Assembly (NCBI GenBank): GCA_965202625.1
Contig: CBDBBI010000010.1
Span: forward strand, 1,440,001-1,504,000
Origin: a bacterium
Lineage (GTDB): Bacteria; UBA8248
Direction of reading: 5' to 3'
DNA: 64,000 nucleotides
In this document: positions 19,369 through 31,444 of the stretch, one piece after another
How positions within the stretch are numbered: the stretch's first letter is position 1
Layout of the letters: the number at the start of each line of letters is the position of its first letter
Made by a program: the position numbers and the translations under genes
The notes under the pieces: generated by a model
Seen by the model: only the letters and a program-made list of their open reading frames with translations
Database searches by the model: none
What the model was told of the DNA's origin: nothing

Positions 19369-21300
19369 CTATTTCCTGATTTTGTAGAAGAAAATCTGGC
19401 TTTTGGGGCCCGTGATCGCGTCCGCGTCCGCCGCCGCCGCCACCAGTTCCTCAAGCCCGTCGTCGTCAACGTCGCCCAAGGCGAAATCCACGACGCCGAG
19501 AGCCAGTTTTCTTGATCGCCAGGTTTCATACAATCCGCCGCCGTCCCACACCAGACTCGCTATCTGCCCCCCCGAAACGCCCAGGCCCGGCACGAGGGCG
19601 ACGGCGTGTTCGTTGCGAATGACCAAAACTTCATCCACTCCGTCCCTGTCCACGTCCTCCACCAGAACGCGCGAGAGTATGGGGATATTCGCTTCGGAAA
19701 GCTGAAAATCCTCACTGTTTTCGATATCGGCGTGAAACGCAAACTGATAGACGGGCACGCCGTAGGTTTCCGAACTGACGTATATCTCATCATCGCCTTG
19801 TCTGGAGCGGATTCTCAGTCTGTTGTCCTTGCCCACCTCGATGACGTCCAGCGAGCCGTCCTTGTCGATATCCCACAAGCCAAAACCCAGTATCGTCAGC
19901 CCGGGCGGAAGCGGATAGGGAGCGACGGCCGCGAGCTTCCCCCCCGACCAGCGATAGCGGTGAATGGGGCCTTCAAAGGGCTTGTCAAGCCCCTCTCGCT
20001 GGCCCAGGAGCAGATACGCTTCGGAATCCGGAATTTTCGCGCCTTGCGGCGCCCGGCGCACCCGAAGCAGCCGATAAAACGTCCTGTCGTTTCTGCGCAG
20101 GGACACGAATTTTCCGTCCTTGAGCTGCAGCACCATCGAGAACAATTCATCGGAGCGATAGGCGGCGAGGTAAATCTCGGGCGCGCCGTCGCCGTTCATG
20201 TCGGCAACGTCGATCCACCGAAAATCGTTCGCCGGCCCCTCATTGAAGCGGGCGACTTCGCGCATCTCGCCCCGCTCGAACCGATAGACGATGACCTCGT
20301 TCACAGTGATGACGACGACTTCCTTTTTCCCGTCCCCGTCCACGTCTGCGACGGACACTCCCCGCAAAGCGACCCCGCTGAAGGCGTGGCGCCTCACGTC
20401 GTCGCCCGAGGCGAACCCGCCCTGGCGGGAGGGGACGAAACTCGGATTCGCCAGAGGCGCCCCCTCTCCAGGCTCGCCCCGGCGCAGCTCCTGCTCCTGG
20501 GGCGGGCGCTGCTCAAAGGGCAGCTCGTCCGCTATCGATACGGCCTTGAAAATCTCCTCTTTCGTGGTGAGGGACAAGAGGCGCGCGGAGATGATTTTCT
20601 TGCCCTGAATCTCGCGCACCTCGTTCGCAAGCACCATGTCGGCGCGTATCTGGTTTCGCAGGCGAATCGGGTTCGCGTCTTTGAGAATCTCATCGGTGGC
20701 GACGCCGCTCTCCAGAAGCCACACCTGCAACCGGTCCACGTCATAGACGTCGAAGCGTCCGCTTGCGAGGAGCTGGCGCCCCAGCTCCCTCGTGAGAGTC
20801 TCCATGCTCAAGGGCTCTTTCGTCTGGTTGACGAAAGGGAGTATCGCCAGGCGAATTTTCGAGGAAGCCATGCGCACCGTATCCCCGACGCGCGGGGCCA
20901 GCCCCGCGTTGGGCGCGAGGCGGACCATGCGCGCGACCGAGAATTTTCCCCTTACCTCCACGACTTCGGCCTCGCCGACCTGATCCTCCAGCATACCCAG
21001 GACGACGCCCGTCGTCGGATGCCGAAACGGCGCGCCCTTCCGATAGACGTTGAGTTTTACGCCTTTGATCGCCCCATCCTTCTCCCCCAGGCTGAGGTAA
21101 AGGTCGCCCCCCTTGGCGGCAACCACCGAACCGCGCAGATTCGGAAATCTCTGGTGCAGTTTGCCGCTGAGGAGGCGGAGCGCTTTGCGATAATCATTGT
21201 CTTGCGCGTGCGCCAGGCCGCCGGATGCGACGAGATGGAGGGCGAACGCCAGCAGAATGACGAACGTCTTTTGGGTGAGGCGCGCGATGAACAAATTCAT
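19369..21300 (-). CDS. Exported protein with FlgT-C-like and CsgG/LpoB-like domains plus FG-GAP/VCBS repeats
   Basis: Signal peptide; LYLSLGEKDG..G..L.VYR.G.PF.HP.TG.VLG; RLAILPFVN; repeats DVDGDGKKE, DMNGDGAPE, DIDKDGSLD, DVDRDGVDE, DVDDDGLEE. Confidence 0.8.
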   Translation of the reverse strand: MNLFIARLTQKTFVILLAFALHLVASGGLAHAQDNDYRKALRLLSGKLHQRFPNLRGSVVAAKGGDLYLSLGEKDGAIKGVKLNVYRKGAPFRHPTTGVVLGMLEDQVGEAEVVEVRGKFSVARMVRLAPNAGLAPRVGDTVRMASSKIRLAILPFVNQTKEPLSMETLTRELGRQLLASGRFDVYDVDRLQVWLLESGVATDEILKDANPIRLRNQIRADMVLANEVREIQGKKIISARLLSLTTKEEIFKAVSIADELPFEQRPPQEQELRRGEPGEGAPLANPSFVPSRQGGFASGDDVRRHAFSGVALRGVSVADVDGDGKKEVVVITVNEVIVYRFERGEMREVARFNEGPANDFRWIDVADMNGDGAPEIYLAAYRSDELFSMVLQLKDGKFVSLRRNDRTFYRLLRVRRAPQGAKIPDSEAYLLLGQREGLDKPFEGPIHRYRWSGGKLAAVAPYPLPPGLTILGFGLWDIDKDGSLDVIEVGKDNRLRIRSRQGDDEIYVSSETYGVPVYQFAFHADIENSEDFQLSEANIPILSRVLVEDVDRDGVDEVLVIRNEHAVALVPGLGVSGGQIASLVWDGGGLYETWRSRKLALGVVDFALGDVDDDGLEELVAAAADADAITGPKSQIFFYKIRK

Positions 21301-21590
21301 GACACTCCCGTGGGCGGACGACCGGCTCAAAGACCAGGGCGCGCGCGATGCGCGATTCTCCGCCTCCGCGCCGCTCGCCCCTCTGCGCCAAAAGAAATCT
21401 CGCGCCATAGACGGCGGTCCCCCAACATGAAAGCGAGGCGCATACCGGAGAGGGACAGGCGACCGCCGCAGTAGAGAACCGAGGAGTCCCCGCGCGCCCA
21501 GGCGCAAACAAATATACCGCCCAGGAACCAGAAAGCAAGTCCGCTCCCCCCGGCGCGCGCCCGTCCACAGCGCGAGGCGGGGCACCGCGC

Positions 21591-23489
21591 TCAGCGCCGC
21601 CGCTCAAGCCCCATCTCTCTTATGAGCGCCGGATGAAGCGGCGCGCCGAGCCTGGCGGCTTCTTCGGCGTGCCTCCGCGCGCCTTTGCGGTCGCGCTCGA
21701 GATACAGGGCCAGCGCCAGATTGTGATGGGCACCCGCGTGATCGGGCCGAAGCCGCAGCGCCGCCCTGAACTGCCCTATCGCCAGGTCTCGCAAGCCCGT
21801 CTTCAGATACAGGACGCCCAGGTTGAAGCGCGCCTCGTCCAGCGTGGGCTTAAGGCGTATCGCGCGCTCGAGATGGAGTCTCGCCAGGTCGCCGCGCGCC
21901 GCGCCCATATACAGCACTCCCAAGGCGAGGTGCCCTTCCGCGTTGCCGTCGTTGAGCCTCAAGGCGCGCTTGAGGGACACCTCGGCGTCGGCTTCCTCTC
22001 CGCTTTGCATCTGCGCGATGCCCAGGTCCACCCAGGCGTAATCGTAAACCGGATAGATGGCGACGGATTTCCTGAGCGGCGCGATGGCCTCCCGAAACCT
22101 TCTCCGGTCGATCAGCGCCTGGCCATACACCCGCAGCGCGCGCGCGCTATGGGGGGACGCCTCGGCCGCGCGCCGCCAAAAGCGAAGCGTCTCGCCCCAT
22201 TCGTGGTTTCTCTTCATCGTCAGCCATCCGAAGAGAAAGCAGACGCTGAGGAGCATCGCCGCGCGCATCCGCCAGTCCGCCCGGGCGAGAAGCGCGGCGG
22301 CCGTCGGCGCCCAGGCGATCAAAAAGCCGGCGGATGGAATATAGAGCAGCCGTTCCGCCATGATGGTGCCGATGGGAATCGCCAGGTTGCTCACGGGCAG
22401 GTAGCCTCCGATGAAAACAAACAACCCGAAAGCGACCCAAGGCATATTCTTCCGCAAACGCCAGGCGACGCACCCCCAGCCCAGAAGACCCAGCGCCCCG
22501 ACCGCCGCCCAGACGACGGCTTCCGCCCCCGCCGCCGGAATCTGCGCGAAGGAATAATCCACGCTCAAGGGCCACGGCCAGCCCATGAGCCGAAAGTAGC
22601 GGCCCAGAACGCTGAAAGCGCCGAAGATGCGTTCATCCGCCGGCAGCAGGGCGAGAGCGTTGTCCAGTTTTGAGGGCAGGTAGGGGCGCGCGAGGACGCC
22701 CAGGGCGGCATACCGCATCCACAGGTATATGAGGAGCGCGCACGCAAGGGCGCAGACGGCGATGAGCGTCTGCCTGGGAGGAGGGCGCCTCGTCTCGCCC
22801 AAACCATACCGGCTCCAGAGCCACCACAAAAGGGCGCTCAGCGGAAGGGCGACGCCGACCTCCTTGGACAGCAGCGCGAAAAGGCAAAAAGCGCACGCGA
22901 GGGCGATGGGCGCGAGGACGCCTCCGGACGGGGAGCCTCCGTCTTCTGGATCGCCTTGGGCAATCTCCCCGTTCCGGGCGTCCGCCGGCGAAAGCGCCAC
23001 GCCCATCAGAAGCGCCAGCCCTCCGAAGACGCCGACGGCGGCCATCAAGTCCGCGCGCGCGACGACCGCGTTCACCGCCTCGGTGTGGACCGGATGAAGG
23101 GCGAACAGCAAGGAGACGGCGCCCGCCGCGCCGCGCGAAAGCCCGAAGCGCGCGCACAGCCAGAGCAAAAGGACGCTGGCGAGGGCATGCAGCGCCATGT
23201 TGACGACCCTGTAGCCCGCCGTGTTCATGCCGCCCACGGCGTGGTTCAGAGCGAGGGAGACGATGGTGAGGGGTCGATAGAGACGATCTCTTTTCTCGCT
23301 CCCCTCCAGCACGGCCCAGTAGTCGCGCCGAAACGCCTCAAGCGCGCGCCCCTTCTCCCGGACGAGGGGATTCTCGCCGATGATGGCGACGTCGTCATGC
23401 ACGAAGGGGTTCGAGAGCGTGCCCGAGAAGATCAAAAACGCGGCGCACGCCACCGCGCACGCCCACCCCCATTTCACGATAAAGCGCAT
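21591..23489 (-). CDS. TMTC-like GT-C membrane protein (DUF1736-type) with C-terminal TPRs
   Basis: PFVHDD, YRPLT, HPVHTEAV, KE, PWPLSVDYS, MAERLLYIPS; TPR repeats (EARFNLG, AHHNLALA). Confidence 0.8.
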   Translation of the reverse strand: MRFIVKWGWACAVACAAFLIFSGTLSNPFVHDDVAIIGENPLVREKGRALEAFRRDYWAVLEGSEKRDRLYRPLTIVSLALNHAVGGMNTAGYRVVNMALHALASVLLLWLCARFGLSRGAAGAVSLLFALHPVHTEAVNAVVARADLMAAVGVFGGLALLMGVALSPADARNGEIAQGDPEDGGSPSGGVLAPIALACAFCLFALLSKEVGVALPLSALLWWLWSRYGLGETRRPPPRQTLIAVCALACALLIYLWMRYAALGVLARPYLPSKLDNALALLPADERIFGAFSVLGRYFRLMGWPWPLSVDYSFAQIPAAGAEAVVWAAVGALGLLGWGCVAWRLRKNMPWVAFGLFVFIGGYLPVSNLAIPIGTIMAERLLYIPSAGFLIAWAPTAAALLARADWRMRAAMLLSVCFLFGWLTMKRNHEWGETLRFWRRAAEASPHSARALRVYGQALIDRRRFREAIAPLRKSVAIYPVYDYAWVDLGIAQMQSGEEADAEVSLKRALRLNDGNAEGHLALGVLYMGAARGDLARLHLERAIRLKPTLDEARFNLGVLYLKTGLRDLAIGQFRAALRLRPDHAGAHHNLALALYLERDRKGARRHAEEAARLGAPLHPALIREMGLERRR

Positions 23490-23845
23490 TGCCCCTCTTG
23501 CATCCGCTTGAATCCCTCATCTCGCGCGACGCCGACAAACGGCTTGAGACCGGCCGTTTCGGCTTTCATTTCTTCCAATGCGCCGACCGCCCCTCTCCCG
23601 ATGATGAAACGGGCGGCGGCTTTGGCGGGACGCTCCGGCAAAAGCGCACTCCCGACCAGGGCGCGCACCCGCAAAAGGAACGGGGATGCAGGTGGAAAAG
23701 CGCGTCTGGCGGCACACCCAAGCCCGCCCCTCCATGATAGCAAAACTCCCGCTCCGCCACTATGAAACCGCGATAGGATCGCATTCGCGTTCGATTTCCC
23801 TTTTGACTCCCCCCTCAACCACTGCTACCCTTTGAGCCTACAAGT

Positions 23846-25839
<1,994 letters not shown>

Positions 25840-25996
25840 ACCCTCTCCGAGCGCGCCGCCTGAGACGTGAAGCCCCGCCCAAGCAGCCGTTGCAGCGGAG
25901 TTTCGCACGGAATGCAAAGCGCAAGGCGAAGAAGCCCTCATCCAGGGAGAGCGTAGAATCTCAGGCTGGGCATTTACATTTGCAAGGCGATGCAGA

Positions 25997-27139
25997 TTGA
26001 TTACCAAACTCTCCATCAACCATTACAGAAGCATAGAAAGCATCGAACTGAACCTCGACGCCATTAACGTTCTCGTCGGCCCGAACGGCGTCGGGAAAAG
26101 CAACGTCATCGATTCCATCAAGTTCGTCCGGGACGCCATCGAGAATGGCCTCGACAAGGCCGTCAACGACAGGCACGGCATGCAGACGATACGCCAATGG
26201 TCGCCTAGAAGGCCTTATGACGTTTCTCTGGCAATCGAGATTTCAAACGAGGCGTGGAAAGGAAATTTCTCATTCACGCTGCGCTCCCTCCGCGATGGAT
26301 ACAAAATTCTGAACGAGTCCGGAGAAATTGAAAGCGCAACTGGCCAAAAACCTGAAAAAATACATTACATCTATCAAAGAGAAGGGTCTGAAGACACAAA
26401 AGTCACTTACATCCACGAAGACACCACAGAAGAATGCCCCACGGAGGATCCCGATGATTTTTTCCTGAACTCGCGATACGCGTTCGCCTTAAGGGGCCTG
26501 AGGTTTATGCTGCGCAACTTCGAATCATACGCCATCTTTCCCAATACGCTGCGCGAGCCGCAAACCCAAAACACCGAGATTTTCCTGGAATCGCATGGAA
26601 AAAACCTGACGTCCATATTGCGACAGATGCGAAAGAAAAAGCGCACCGAAGCGGTATCTGAGATTATCGATTCTCTCAAATGCGTAGTCCCCGGTCTGGA
26701 CAACATCAGCGTCCAGAGTGTTGGCCCCTATTTGACGCCGCAATTTTTGATCGGCGAGCAAAACCAGAACAAAGCCCACGTCTTCAACGTGAACCAGATG
26801 TCGGACGGGACGCTTCGGATACTCGGGCTTCTCGTCGCTTTGTATCAGGAGCCGAAGCCGGCCATCATTGCGCTTGAAGAGCCAGAGCTCACCGTTCACC
26901 CGGGCACGTTCGGGCTCATTGCGGATTCCATTGACGAAGTCTCTCGGACAAGCCAAATTCTGGTCACCACGCACAGCCCGGAGTTTCTGGATCGCTTCAA
27001 GCCCGAGCAAATCATCGCCGTGGAAATGCAAGACGGAATTACAAAGGCCGGCAACCTCAACGAATCTCAGTTGAGGGCGGTACGAGATCGTCTATTTGGC
27101 CTGGGCGAGTTGATGTCGATTGAAGGCATTCATGGATAA
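25997..27139 (+). CDS. ABC-type ATPase (AAA_21/AAA_15-like)
   Basis: Walker A GPNGVGKS, signature MSDGT, Walker [10 protein letters not shown]-loop TTHS; visibly lower GC than the flanks. Confidence 0.9.
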   Translation: MITKLSINHYRSIESIELNLDAINVLVGPNGVGKSNVIDSIKFVRDAIENGLDKAVNDRHGMQTIRQWSPRRPYDVSLAIEISNEAWKGNFSFTLRSLRDGYKILNESGEIESATGQKPEKIHYIYQREGSEDTKVTYIHEDTTEECPTEDPDDFFLNSRYAFALRGLRFMLRNFESYAIFPNTLREPQTQNTEIFLESHGKNLTSILRQMRKKKRTEAVSEIIDSLKCVVPGLDNISVQSVGPYLTPQFLIGEQNQNKAHVFNVNQMSDGTLRILGLLVALYQEPKPAIIALEEPELTVHPGTFGLIADSIDEVSRTSQILVTTHSPEFLDRFKPEQIIAVEMQDGITKAGNLNESQLRAVRDRLFGLGELMSIEGIHG

Positions 27140-27780
27140 TGATCACAAATTGCCGAAAACCCGTCCTTATACTGGAGGGGGATGGCGATAAAGACGCCAT
27201 TCCCCTGCTCATCAGGAACCTTGCCCACGCACATAAAATTTTCGACCTGTCCATCAGGCCCCACCCGATTTCAGGTCAAAACATTCCAAAACTTCGCAGG
27301 GCGGGAGAGCTGGAAAAGTTCATTGCCTACGGCTTGACGAGAGACGGAAATTCCATCCTCGTGCTGCTCGATTCCGACGATCTATGCCCCAAAGACGAAG
27401 CGCGCGCGCTCACGGAGAGGGCGCAAAAGTTAAATCCGGCGAAAAAGGCAGGGTTCGCTTTTTTCAAATCCGAATACGAATCCTTTTTTGTCCCTTGCCT
27501 GGAGTTGATTGCGAAGCAATACCCTGAATATGGATGGAATCTGAACAACTGGAACATAGAGGATGACCATGAGGAAATCACCGGCGCGAAAGAGTATTTG
27601 TCCGCCTGCATGAAAGCAAACAAGACATATAAACCCACCAGGGATCAGGCGAAGTTCACCTCCGCACTGGATTTCGACCGCCTGAGAGACAAATCAAGAA
27701 GCTTTCGGCATCTTGAGTCTCTCTTTCTTTGGCTCACCGGACGAACGTCGGACAAGACCCTCGTCTATCCGCTTCCCTGA
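27139..27780 (+). CDS. TOPRIM-like protein (DUF4276-like)
   Basis: VLILEGDGD (conserved Glu), VLLDSDDLCP (DxD), EYESFF, YKPTRDQ, SRSF; TAATG coupling with the ATPase. Confidence 0.75.
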   Translation: MITNCRKPVLILEGDGDKDAIPLLIRNLAHAHKIFDLSIRPHPISGQNIPKLRRAGELEKFIAYGLTRDGNSILVLLDSDDLCPKDEARALTERAQKLNPAKKAGFAFFKSEYESFFVPCLELIAKQYPEYGWNLNNWNIEDDHEEITGAKEYLSACMKANKTYKPTRDQAKFTSALDFDRLRDKSRSFRHLESLFLWLTGRTSDKTLVYPLP

Positions 27781-27794
27781 GCGCGCATACCCGC

Positions 27795-28262
27795 TCACTC
27801 CACGCGCACGCGCGCGCCCAGCCCGAAGCCATTTCTGAGAAACCAGCCCTGGTTCACCTCCAGCACCCAGCGGACTTTGCGGCGAGAGGCATAGGAAGGA
27901 ATCCGCGTTCCAGGAATGTGGGGGCGCAGATGGACGAGCTCCACAACCCGCCCGGCAGAGTCGATGAAAGCGAGAGACAAGGGAACCCGCGTGTTCTTCA
28001 TCCAGAAAAACCGGCGCGCGTCCTCCTCAAAAACAAAGAGCATTCCAGCGTTTTCGGGCAATCGCGCCCTGCCCATTAGGCCCTGGGCGCGCGCGGGGGG
28101 AGTGCGGGCGATCTCGACTTCGAGCGTCGTCTCGCGCCCGTTCTGCGCAATTCTCACCACTCCCCGATCGAAGGGTGAAGCCGCCTCGCCCCACCCTGCG
28201 CACATCGCCAGGGCGAGGAGCCATATGGGGCCCGCCAGCGCAAGTCCGCCAAGCCTCCTCAA
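27795..28262 (-). CDS. DUF192 family exported protein
   Basis: VEIA.TP..RAQGLM.R, GMLFVF, FWMKNT..PL..AFID, VLEVN.G. Confidence 0.9.
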   Translation of the reverse strand: MRRLGGLALAGPIWLLALAMCAGWGEAASPFDRGVVRIAQNGRETTLEVEIARTPPARAQGLMGRARLPENAGMLFVFEEDARRFFWMKNTRVPLSLAFIDSAGRVVELVHLRPHIPGTRIPSYASRRKVRWVLEVNQGWFLRNGFGLGARVRVE

Positions 28263-28311
28263 CGCGACGTTTCCGCTCGTCCGAAGGGAGGCGCGCCGAC
28301 TCCGCCGACCA

Positions 28312-29385
28312 TCAAACGCGCTTGCCGCCGGAATCGAAGAGATAGACGCGGGCCGGGTCGAACGCGACGTGAAGCCGCTCGCCCGCCTTGAAGCGATCGG
28401 AAGCCTCGACGACAGCGATGGTCGGACGCTCGGCGCCGTGGTCGAAATAGAGCAGCGTGTCCTTTCCGAGCGGCTCGACGAGCTGGACGTCGCACGAAAA
28501 GGCGGCGCCGTCCCCCTCTCCCACCAGCACGTGCTCCGGACGGACTCCCAGAGTGTAGTCTCCCGAGGGGAGGTCGGCGTAGGGGTCGGGCAGGGTGAAA
28601 TTCACGCCGGAGCCGGCGAATGCGGGTCCTCCGTTTGCGTTCTCCACCTTTCCGGCGATGAGGTTCATGGACGGGCTGCCGAAGAAATCGGCCACGAAAT
28701 AGCTCACCGGATTGTTGTAGATGTCGAGCGGGGCACCGACCTGTTCAATAACGCCGCCGCGCATCACCACGATGCGATCGGCCAGCGTCATCGCCTCTTC
28801 CTGATCGTGCGTGACGTAGACGAAGGTCTTCTGGAGCTCCTCATGGAGCCGGTCGATCTCGGCGCGCATCTCGCGGCGAAGCTTGGCGTCCAGACTCGAC
28901 AGCGGCTCATCCAGCAAGAAGGCGGAGGGGTCGGTGATGAGGGTGCGGGCGAGCGCGGCGCGCTGGGCCTCGCCTCCGGAGCATTGGGCGGGCAGCTTGC
29001 CGAGGAGATGGCCTATCCGCACCAGGTCGGCCACTTCGCGCACGCGGCTTCGTCGCGTCTCGGGCGGCACCTTCTTCATGCGTGGGCCGAATTCGATGTT
29101 CTCGGCCACCGTCTTGTGCGGAAACAGCGCGTGTGTCTGAAAGACCATGCCGACCCCCCGGTCGCCGGGATCGACGTCGTTGACGACCCTTCCGTCGATG
29201 AGAATCTCACCCGCGGTGGGTTCCTCAAAACCCGCGACCATCCGCAGCGTGGTCGTCTTTCCGCAGCCCGAGGGGCCCACGATAACGACGAACTCGCCTT
29301 CCTCAATGGTGAAGTCGAGGTTCTTCACGGCCTCGATGTTTTTGCCGAATACCTTGCGCAAACCCCTGAGTTCAATTCTCGCCAT
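28312..29385 (-). CDS. MalK-like ABC transporter ATP-binding subunit
   Basis: GPSGCGKT, SGGEAQR, LLDEPLS, YVTHDQEEA, TOBE-like C-terminus. Confidence 0.93.
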   Translation of the reverse strand: MARIELRGLRKVFGKNIEAVKNLDFTIEEGEFVVIVGPSGCGKTTTLRMVAGFEEPTAGEILIDGRVVNDVDPGDRGVGMVFQTHALFPHKTVAENIEFGPRMKKVPPETRRSRVREVADLVRIGHLLGKLPAQCSGGEAQRAALARTLITDPSAFLLDEPLSSLDAKLRREMRAEIDRLHEELQKTFVYVTHDQEEAMTLADRIVVMRGGVIEQVGAPLDIYNNPVSYFVADFFGSPSMNLIAGKVENANGGPAFAGSGVNFTLPDPYADLPSGDYTLGVRPEHVLVGEGDGAAFSCDVQLVEPLGKDTLLYFDHGAERPTIAVVEASDRFKAGERLHVAFDPARVYLFDSGGKRV

Positions 29386-29393
29386 TGTCTTTT

Positions 29394-30302
29394 CTACCTC
29401 TTCACCATTCCGAAAGTGAAACCGCGCACCAGGTGCTTTCGAATGAAAATGCCGATGATCATGAGCGGCAGGGTGATGCCCACCGACAAGGCGGCCTGAT
29501 GGCCATAGACGCGGCCCTCGTCCGAACCTTCGTATTTCGCCAACTGGACGGGCAGCGTCACCACGTCCACCTTGGAGAGCATGAGAGAGAGCAGATATTC
29601 GCTCCACGTCAGGATGAGAATGAAAAGGAACGTCGCCACGACGCCCGAGCGGATGAGCGGAAAGATCACCTCGCGGATCGCCTGCCATTTGGTCGCGCCC
29701 AGAATCTCCGCGGCCTGTTCGATCTCGACGGGAACCTCGTCCACGAAACTCTTCGTCATCCAGACGGAGTAGGGCAGCGTCGTGATGAAATAGACGATCA
29801 CCAGCCCCGTAGCGGTGTCCATCAAATGGATCGCCGAGTAGTAAAGGGTGAGGGGCGCCGCCACCACGATGGGCGGAATCATCCGCAGCACGAGGAGCTG
29901 GAACATGCGCACCTCTGAGAGTATGCGGTAGCGGGAGACGCCGTAGGCCAGAACCGAGCCGAAGGCGACCGAAAGCGCGGTGGCGGTGATGGCGATGTAG
30001 AGGCTGTTCCAAAGCGCCTGCCAGGGCTTGTTCGCCGAGGCCGACTCGTAGCGGGCGGTCTGGGTCTGGGTCGTCTCCTCGGTGACGGTTCGAGGACTCT
30101 CCGGCTTGCCCCACACCGCCTGGTAGTTGGCCCAGGAGGCCTCTTGCGACCAGTAAACCGGCGGCCAGGCGTGCCACTCCCAGTCGGGCTTGAACGAGGT
30201 GGAGAGGATCCAGAAAATCGGGAACGCCACGATCAACGACCACATCAAAAGGGCGGCGTAACGGAATATGGTGAACAGGCGTCCCTTCATGACTCGGCTC
30301 AT
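29394..30302 (-). CDS. Carbohydrate ABC transporter permease (MalG-like)
   Basis: EAA-type loop EIEQAAEILGA, FI..WSEYL, TLPV, HLVRG. Confidence 0.9.
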   Translation of the reverse strand: MSRVMKGRLFTIFRYAALLMWSLIVAFPIFWILSTSFKPDWEWHAWPPVYWSQEASWANYQAVWGKPESPRTVTEETTQTQTARYESASANKPWQALWNSLYIAITATALSVAFGSVLAYGVSRYRILSEVRMFQLLVLRMIPPIVVAAPLTLYYSAIHLMDTATGLVIVYFITTLPYSVWMTKSFVDEVPVEIEQAAEILGATKWQAIREVIFPLIRSGVVATFLFILILTWSEYLLSLMLSKVDVVTLPVQLAKYEGSDEGRVYGHQAALSVGITLPLMIIGIFIRKHLVRGFTFGMVKR

Positions 30303-30306
30303 GGTC

Positions 30307-31269
30307 TTAGGCCTCCGCGCGCGGGGCTTCATACAGGGTGTCGAGCGCCCGCTTCTCTCGGCGCAGGACGTAGATCGCCGTGAGGACGATGAAGATCATG
30401 ATCAGCATGACGACGTAGGACATCGCCGCGCCCTTTGATATGTCGAACGACACCCAGGTCGTAAAATAGAGATAGATGGGTATCGTCTCGGTGGCGGTGC
30501 CCGGTCCGCCCTGAATGAGGCCCCACGTCTTGGGAAACTCCGCCATGGCTTCCAGAAAGCGGAGGATGAGCGCCAGGAATATGACGGGGCGCAGGAGCGG
30601 AAGCTGAATTTCGCGGAATATCTGCAAGCGATTCGCTCCGAGGATGCGGGCGGCTTCCACAGGTTCGGTCGGCAGTGAGGAAAGACCCGCCAGCATGATG
30701 ATGAAGGCGAACGGCGTCCAGTTCCATACCTCCAGCAGGATGATCGTAAAGATGGCGAAATTCGGGTTCGCCAGCCAGGTGAACTTCGAGAGGTCGCCGG
30801 GCAGGAAATAGCTGAGGAATCCGTTGATGGGCCCCTTCTCATACAAAAGCATATCGGCGGTATAGGCGATGACCACGGGTACCGTCAGCATGGGGAGGAT
30901 GAAGAGGATATAGAAAAACGCCTGTCCCCTGAAGGGCTTATACATCAACAGCGCCAGGCCAAAGCCGCAGACGAAGCAGCCGAGCGTCGAGAGACCCGCA
31001 AAGAGAAGCGAGCGCCCCATGGCGCGCCAGAAGCGCCCCTCGGTCAACACCTCCTGGAACAGCTCCAGCCCCACGAATTCCGCGTCGAACCAGGTGGAGA
31101 GATAAACCGTCCAGGAGTGAAACGAAAAATATATTTGCAGCAAAAATACGGGCATCAAAAACGCGAACAGGAGAATCAGCGGAGAGAGGGCGCTCCATTT
31201 GAATACGCGGACGCCTCGGGCGCGGGCGGAACGCCTGCCCTTGGGTTGTGTGAGTGTGTCCGTCGCCAT
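30307..31269 (-). CDS. Carbohydrate ABC transporter permease (MalF-like)
   Basis: WNWTPF, EAARILGA, GGPG.ATET. Confidence 0.9.
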   Translation of the reverse strand: MATDTLTQPKGRRSARARGVRVFKWSALSPLILLFAFLMPVFLLQIYFSFHSWTVYLSTWFDAEFVGLELFQEVLTEGRFWRAMGRSLLFAGLSTLGCFVCGFGLALLMYKPFRGQAFFYILFILPMLTVPVVIAYTADMLLYEKGPINGFLSYFLPGDLSKFTWLANPNFAIFTIILLEVWNWTPFAFIIMLAGLSSLPTEPVEAARILGANRLQIFREIQLPLLRPVIFLALILRFLEAMAEFPKTWGLIQGGPGTATETIPIYLYFTTWVSFDISKGAAMSYVVMLIMIFIVLTAIYVLRREKRALDTLYEAPRAEA

Positions 31270-31444
31270 TCGTGCGGCTCCTACGATCTCGAACGAATCG
31301 GAGGCTTCAGCCGAAAACCATCCGGAAGCGGGCATCGCATCAATGACCGGGACAGGCGGATACGCACCCGCCCCGGTCATCAAGAATGCCCTCTCTTCGG
31401 AGCGCGCGCCCTGAAGCCCGAAGAGAGGAGTTTGATTTATCGCC

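Noticed and set aside
25849-27786. 8-bp GAGCGCGC direct repeat flanking the ATPase-TOPRIM cassette as a target-site duplication
   Set aside because: GCGCGC is very frequent in this sequence, so a chance match is likely; no integrase or transposase is present.
29386-30243. Apparent 285-aa N-terminal extension of the ABC ATPase (643-aa ORF)
   Set aside because: It overlaps the permease in another frame; homology begins at MARIELRGL (29385).
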